64,000 bases of DNA from Hemiscyllium ocellatum (taxonomy: Eukaryota): NCBI RefSeq assembly GCF_020745735.1, contig NC_083413.1:92739900-92803899 (forward strand). Direction: 5' to 3'. This document shows, piece by piece, positions 59,924 through 64,000 of this stretch. Below the pieces are notes generated by a model. That model had not been told where the DNA came from, ran no database searches, and saw only the letters and a program-made list of their open reading frames with translations. Every line of letters begins with the position of its first letter. Position 1 is the stretch's first letter. A program made the position numbers and the translations under genes.

Positions 59924-62039
59924 TTTTCCTGCTCCGCTTATCTAGGTTTCTGAATTCCCAGTCTACAATCTGCTCTGTTGCTGACTCTAACAGTGAGATC
60001 ACTTCAGTTTATAAGCGTGTAACTGAGACAATTATTGATGGATTTTCGCTTTTACTTTGATGTCTTTGAGATGGTTGTGGTTGGAAGAATTTGTAGCTTC
60101 TCTGTTCTTTGAAGCCCATTTCTTTTGTTTTTATTTGTTCCTTCCTCAGAATGGTTGCTTACCCTTTCTGATGAGCCTTTGTATTCCCTTTCTTGTGTCT
60201 GTTACTGATGTACAGAAAATTCCCACCCCACAGCCCATGTGTTCTTGCCTCAATGTGGCAACCAGCCATTATATTCACTTCTGTTAGCTTTTACATCAAC
60301 TTTTTGGATAAAAATGCTTTATGAAATGGTTAATAAATCTCTAATGAATATGCACTAACCTTCAAGGCCAGTCAGTAATAATACATTTTCCCACATCCTA
60401 CTCCTTTCCCTGCCAAATACTTTCACTTCGTCTGTTTAGTTGTGTTTCATCCAGGCATTTAGTTTAATGTTGCGCTGCCATGCCATCCACTAATGTAAAT
60501 ACATCTTTCACACGATATGCCTGATGGAACACTCCAGAGGCAGAATGATTAGAGAACACTTCCTCTTCTGCACCAAGGGTCACGGCCTCGGGTCACGTAA
60601 TATTACAAATTCGGAGCTTTGCTCCACCAGAAGCCTATAAAAGGCAGGCAAAGGAGTTTGAAAGTTTACTCAACACCGCCTAAACTACTCCCAATGTCCG
60701 GACAGCCTGCGTTAGTAATGCATAAATCTCCACCTAAAATACCCAACGAAACATTCATCAGCCAAAAATGTCAACGTTCAGTCCGGTAGTCAGACACAAC
60801 ACGTGCAAAATCCAAGAGCGGATTCTCAGAACTGGAGTTTTTCTCACACATAAATCTCATGGAATACAATTCCTGGATCTATTTGACACACCACACCTGT
60901 CAAATCCCAGGGAATGAGACTGAGATATATCTGATACAGGGATATTACTGAACTGCAACCCTCAAAAATAATAAATCAGAGATCGACGTTGACCAGGCAA
61001 GTCAGAGCTCATGAGTACCTGAAATATTCAGCTATTGGGATTTATATGACGCAAGATGGAATTGAGAACCAATCATAGCAACTGTTCACAGAGTCTGGAA
61101 ACTATCAGCAGAGGAGCACATTCTCAATTTCTCAGAGTTGGTGAGGTATATCATTCCGGGAATAGTGTTGTCAATCAGTCACGCACCCAATCTCATAATT
61201 TTACATTTTTTTCAAAAATGTGGCACCTGAAACTAGATGCAATATTCCAGTTGAGACAAGAGACTGTTTTATTTCAGTTTAACATAATTGCTTTGTGTTT
61301 GTTCTCTGCAACGTTATTGATGAAGTAGGGTTTATTTGCTCTTCTGTCCACGTATTATGGTACATTCCCTGATTTGTGCACATACACACGAAGGATCCTT
61401 TGCTCCTTCACCGCTCTGGGTGTACACCCTTACAATTGTATGTTCCCCTGAGCTCATCACAAAACAAAGAAGCACGTCACACCTCCCTGAGACTGAGACC
61501 TATCTGAATAACAATCCTCAAAAATAATAAATCACAGGTTGATTTCGATCAGGGAAGACATAGATCAGAAGTTCTGGAAACCCTGCTGCTTTCCACGTCC
61601 TTTCCCACAACCCCTCTGTCAAACTTGATGCTCATAGCTGTTCTTCCTATATCCTAACACTTTACCTTAAATTGCTATTAATATTTTTCTATAATTTTGC
61701 ATTATAGACCAAAGCACAGTTTGAAACAATAAGGACTCCAAACACTGAACACTGAGAACGTACACAATAAGGCAAACTACATTCTGAAACAGCAAACACC
61801 CGTTAACAAATGGTTGACAAGTACAAAACAGCGGGTTAGACTAACTTGAACTCATCAAAATAAAAGGAAAGTACTCTGGAGGTACAGCAGTGTAGGCAAG
61901 ACCTGAGCAGACGGAATGGAGTTCGTTTTTTAAAATTCTTGTTTATATCCAGAATTTTCCTTCCACGCAATGTAACCTTTTATTTCCCATCACCCAAGTC
62001 CCCCATAGTATCTTTATTTTCAGCTACTAACCATCACCA

Positions 62040-63440
62040 GTCAATTGAATAATTTATGTTCAAAACCCCTCCCACCATCATAGGCAGATGGGCATGATTA
62101 GGTACGGCAGAAGTAGGAAGAGCTAGAAGGAGATTGGAGTCAATTTTTCTTGTGGTGAAACATTACTGCTGTTCTAACACATGGTATATCTGAGGGATGG
62201 TCCAGTGAAGATATGTGAATGGAACTCATTAATAAGATGGCCATGATTACTTTGATGCGATTGTAATAGTCCCCCAGTAGTCAGAATGAAATTGAGTAAC
62301 AAATATGTGGAGAGATCTTATTTATATGTAAGAATAATAGGATTGTAATAATAGCAAATGTTAACCTTCCAAACATAAAGCCATGGTCTTAAGAGCTTGG
62401 ATGGTGAGGAATTTGGTAAGTGCTAAAGTCAATTTTCGTCATTAATATACAGATGTAACTTTCACAGAAGGAGCAAACCTTGTGATATAAGGCAAGGCAA
62501 GTGGTTAGTAGAGGAGCTTTTTGGGGCCGGGGTCATAATTCGATTAGTTTCAAATATCTATGGAAAGGATTGGCATTATATATAATTTAAAGTTCTTAAT
62601 TGATCTAGGACAAATTTTGATAGTTTGAGACAAAAACTTTCAAGAGTTGATTAGAGTAGACTATTTGCAGCTCAAGAGACGGCCGGCAAGAGTGAAGCTT
62701 TCCGAAGTGAGATAACGAGAGTTCGGAGGAGTAATGTACATGTTAGTGTGAAGGTAAGGCTGATAAGAGGAGGGAACACTGGAGGAATAAAGATATTGAG
62801 GCTCTGGTTCAGAATAAGAATGAATCATATATTACATATAGATAAATGAGATCAAGTGAGTCTTGAAGAGTACAAGAGGTGCAGGGACATTCTAAAGAGG
62901 GAAAGGAGGAGGGCAAGAAAGGAAAATGAGATAGCCTTGGGAGATATTGTTAAAGATAATCCAAAGAGATTCGCCTAGTACATTAAGAGCAAAGGCTAGG
63001 TCATAGAGTCATAGAGATGTACAACTTGGAAACAGATCTTTCAGTCTCACTTGCCCATGCTATCCTAAACTAATCTAGTTCCATTTGCCAATACTTGGCC
63101 CATATCCCTCTAAACTCTTCCTATTCTTATACACACTCAGATGCCTTTTAAATGTTGAAATTGCACCAGCCTCCACCGCTTCCTCAGGCAGTTCATTCCA
63201 TACACACCATCCTCTGCATGAAAAAGTTACTCCTTAGGTGCTTTGAACTTTTTCCCCTCTCACTCCCAACCTATACTTACGAGTATAGGTTTAGATGAGA
63301 CTCCACCCACCTCAGGGAAAAGACCTTGTCTATTCACCGTATCCATGCCTCTTATGATTTTATAAACCTTTATAAAGTCACCCCTCATCCTCCAACAGTC
63401 CAGAAAAATCAACCCCAACCTATTCAGCCTCTCCCTATGT
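62040..63440. mobile_element. CR1-type LINE fragments (+ endonuclease region, then - 3' end)
   Basis: Decayed CR1 ORF2 start at ~62040-62990 resembles 10000-10450 and 22100-23060. The - strand 3' end has the GTCATAGAGTCATAGAGATGTAC tail at 63000, the same family as the tail at ~13170. Confidence 0.7.
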
Positions 63441-64000
63441 AACTCTACATGGCTGCGAATATGTATAAGCCTAGAGGATTGGCTTCATAAATCATGTTGC
63501 ATTTAATATAAATGCTGTTTTTTTAATTACCATTTAGTTTAAAATGGAGGATGGGTGCCTTTTCACTTTCATATCAGTAGCACAGAAAGACCGGGGGAAA
63601 TAAACTGCAACAAAAAAATGGACACAAAATTATTGCACAACGGATCATCTCAGCATATCATTCGTGTAAAAAATAATTCCCTGTTTTGACCGTGAAGTTA
63701 ATAGAGTCGATTAATTAGTCCTGTGTTTGTAATAATTTTTGATCTATCTGTCATTCTACATTTAGTTGTTATAGTTAACGTGTGGATTACTGCACCTCTC
63801 TAAAAATTCGAAACAAAATAAAGTAAAACTGCAAATTAAATATTGCATCTAATTACGATAAAAAATTAGCAATTCAATGACACCAAATTGGAAAGGAATG
63901 TTGAAATGGAGCCAATTCTGACGACTACAAGAAGTTGCAAGAGATCATTAATTAATTCATGGTATGTTCAAATAATTAGCAAATGTAGATCCACACAGAT

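Overview
This is cartilaginous-fish (shark) genomic DNA, judged by HE1-type SINEs and a cluster-type IgH locus; a carpet/bamboo shark is my inference. The main feature is one complete IgM heavy-chain minilocus on the + strand, about 37.9-59.9 kb: leader, VH, D1, D2/JH, Cmu1-4 with secretory tail, TM1 and TM2. It is a pseudogene as assembled: ATG>ACG and +1 T in the leader, a ~26-nt frameshifting FR3 deletion, YYC>YYW, a TAA in Cmu3 and a ~19-nt deletion in TM1. D2 appears pre-joined to JH in the genome (V-D-DJ configuration), with no D2-J spacer and no 23-RSS. The rest is a degenerate C2H2 zinc-finger gene (5.2-6.2 kb) and dense retroelements: CR1-type LINEs, HE1 SINEs, a Gypsy remnant and three families of Penelope-like elements. 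The Penelope terminal repeats carry minimal hammerhead-ribozyme motifs, often as inverted pairs with clear target-site duplications, several inside the Ig locus. There is one assembly gap (1943-2079). All calls come from reading the sequence by eye; no searches were run.
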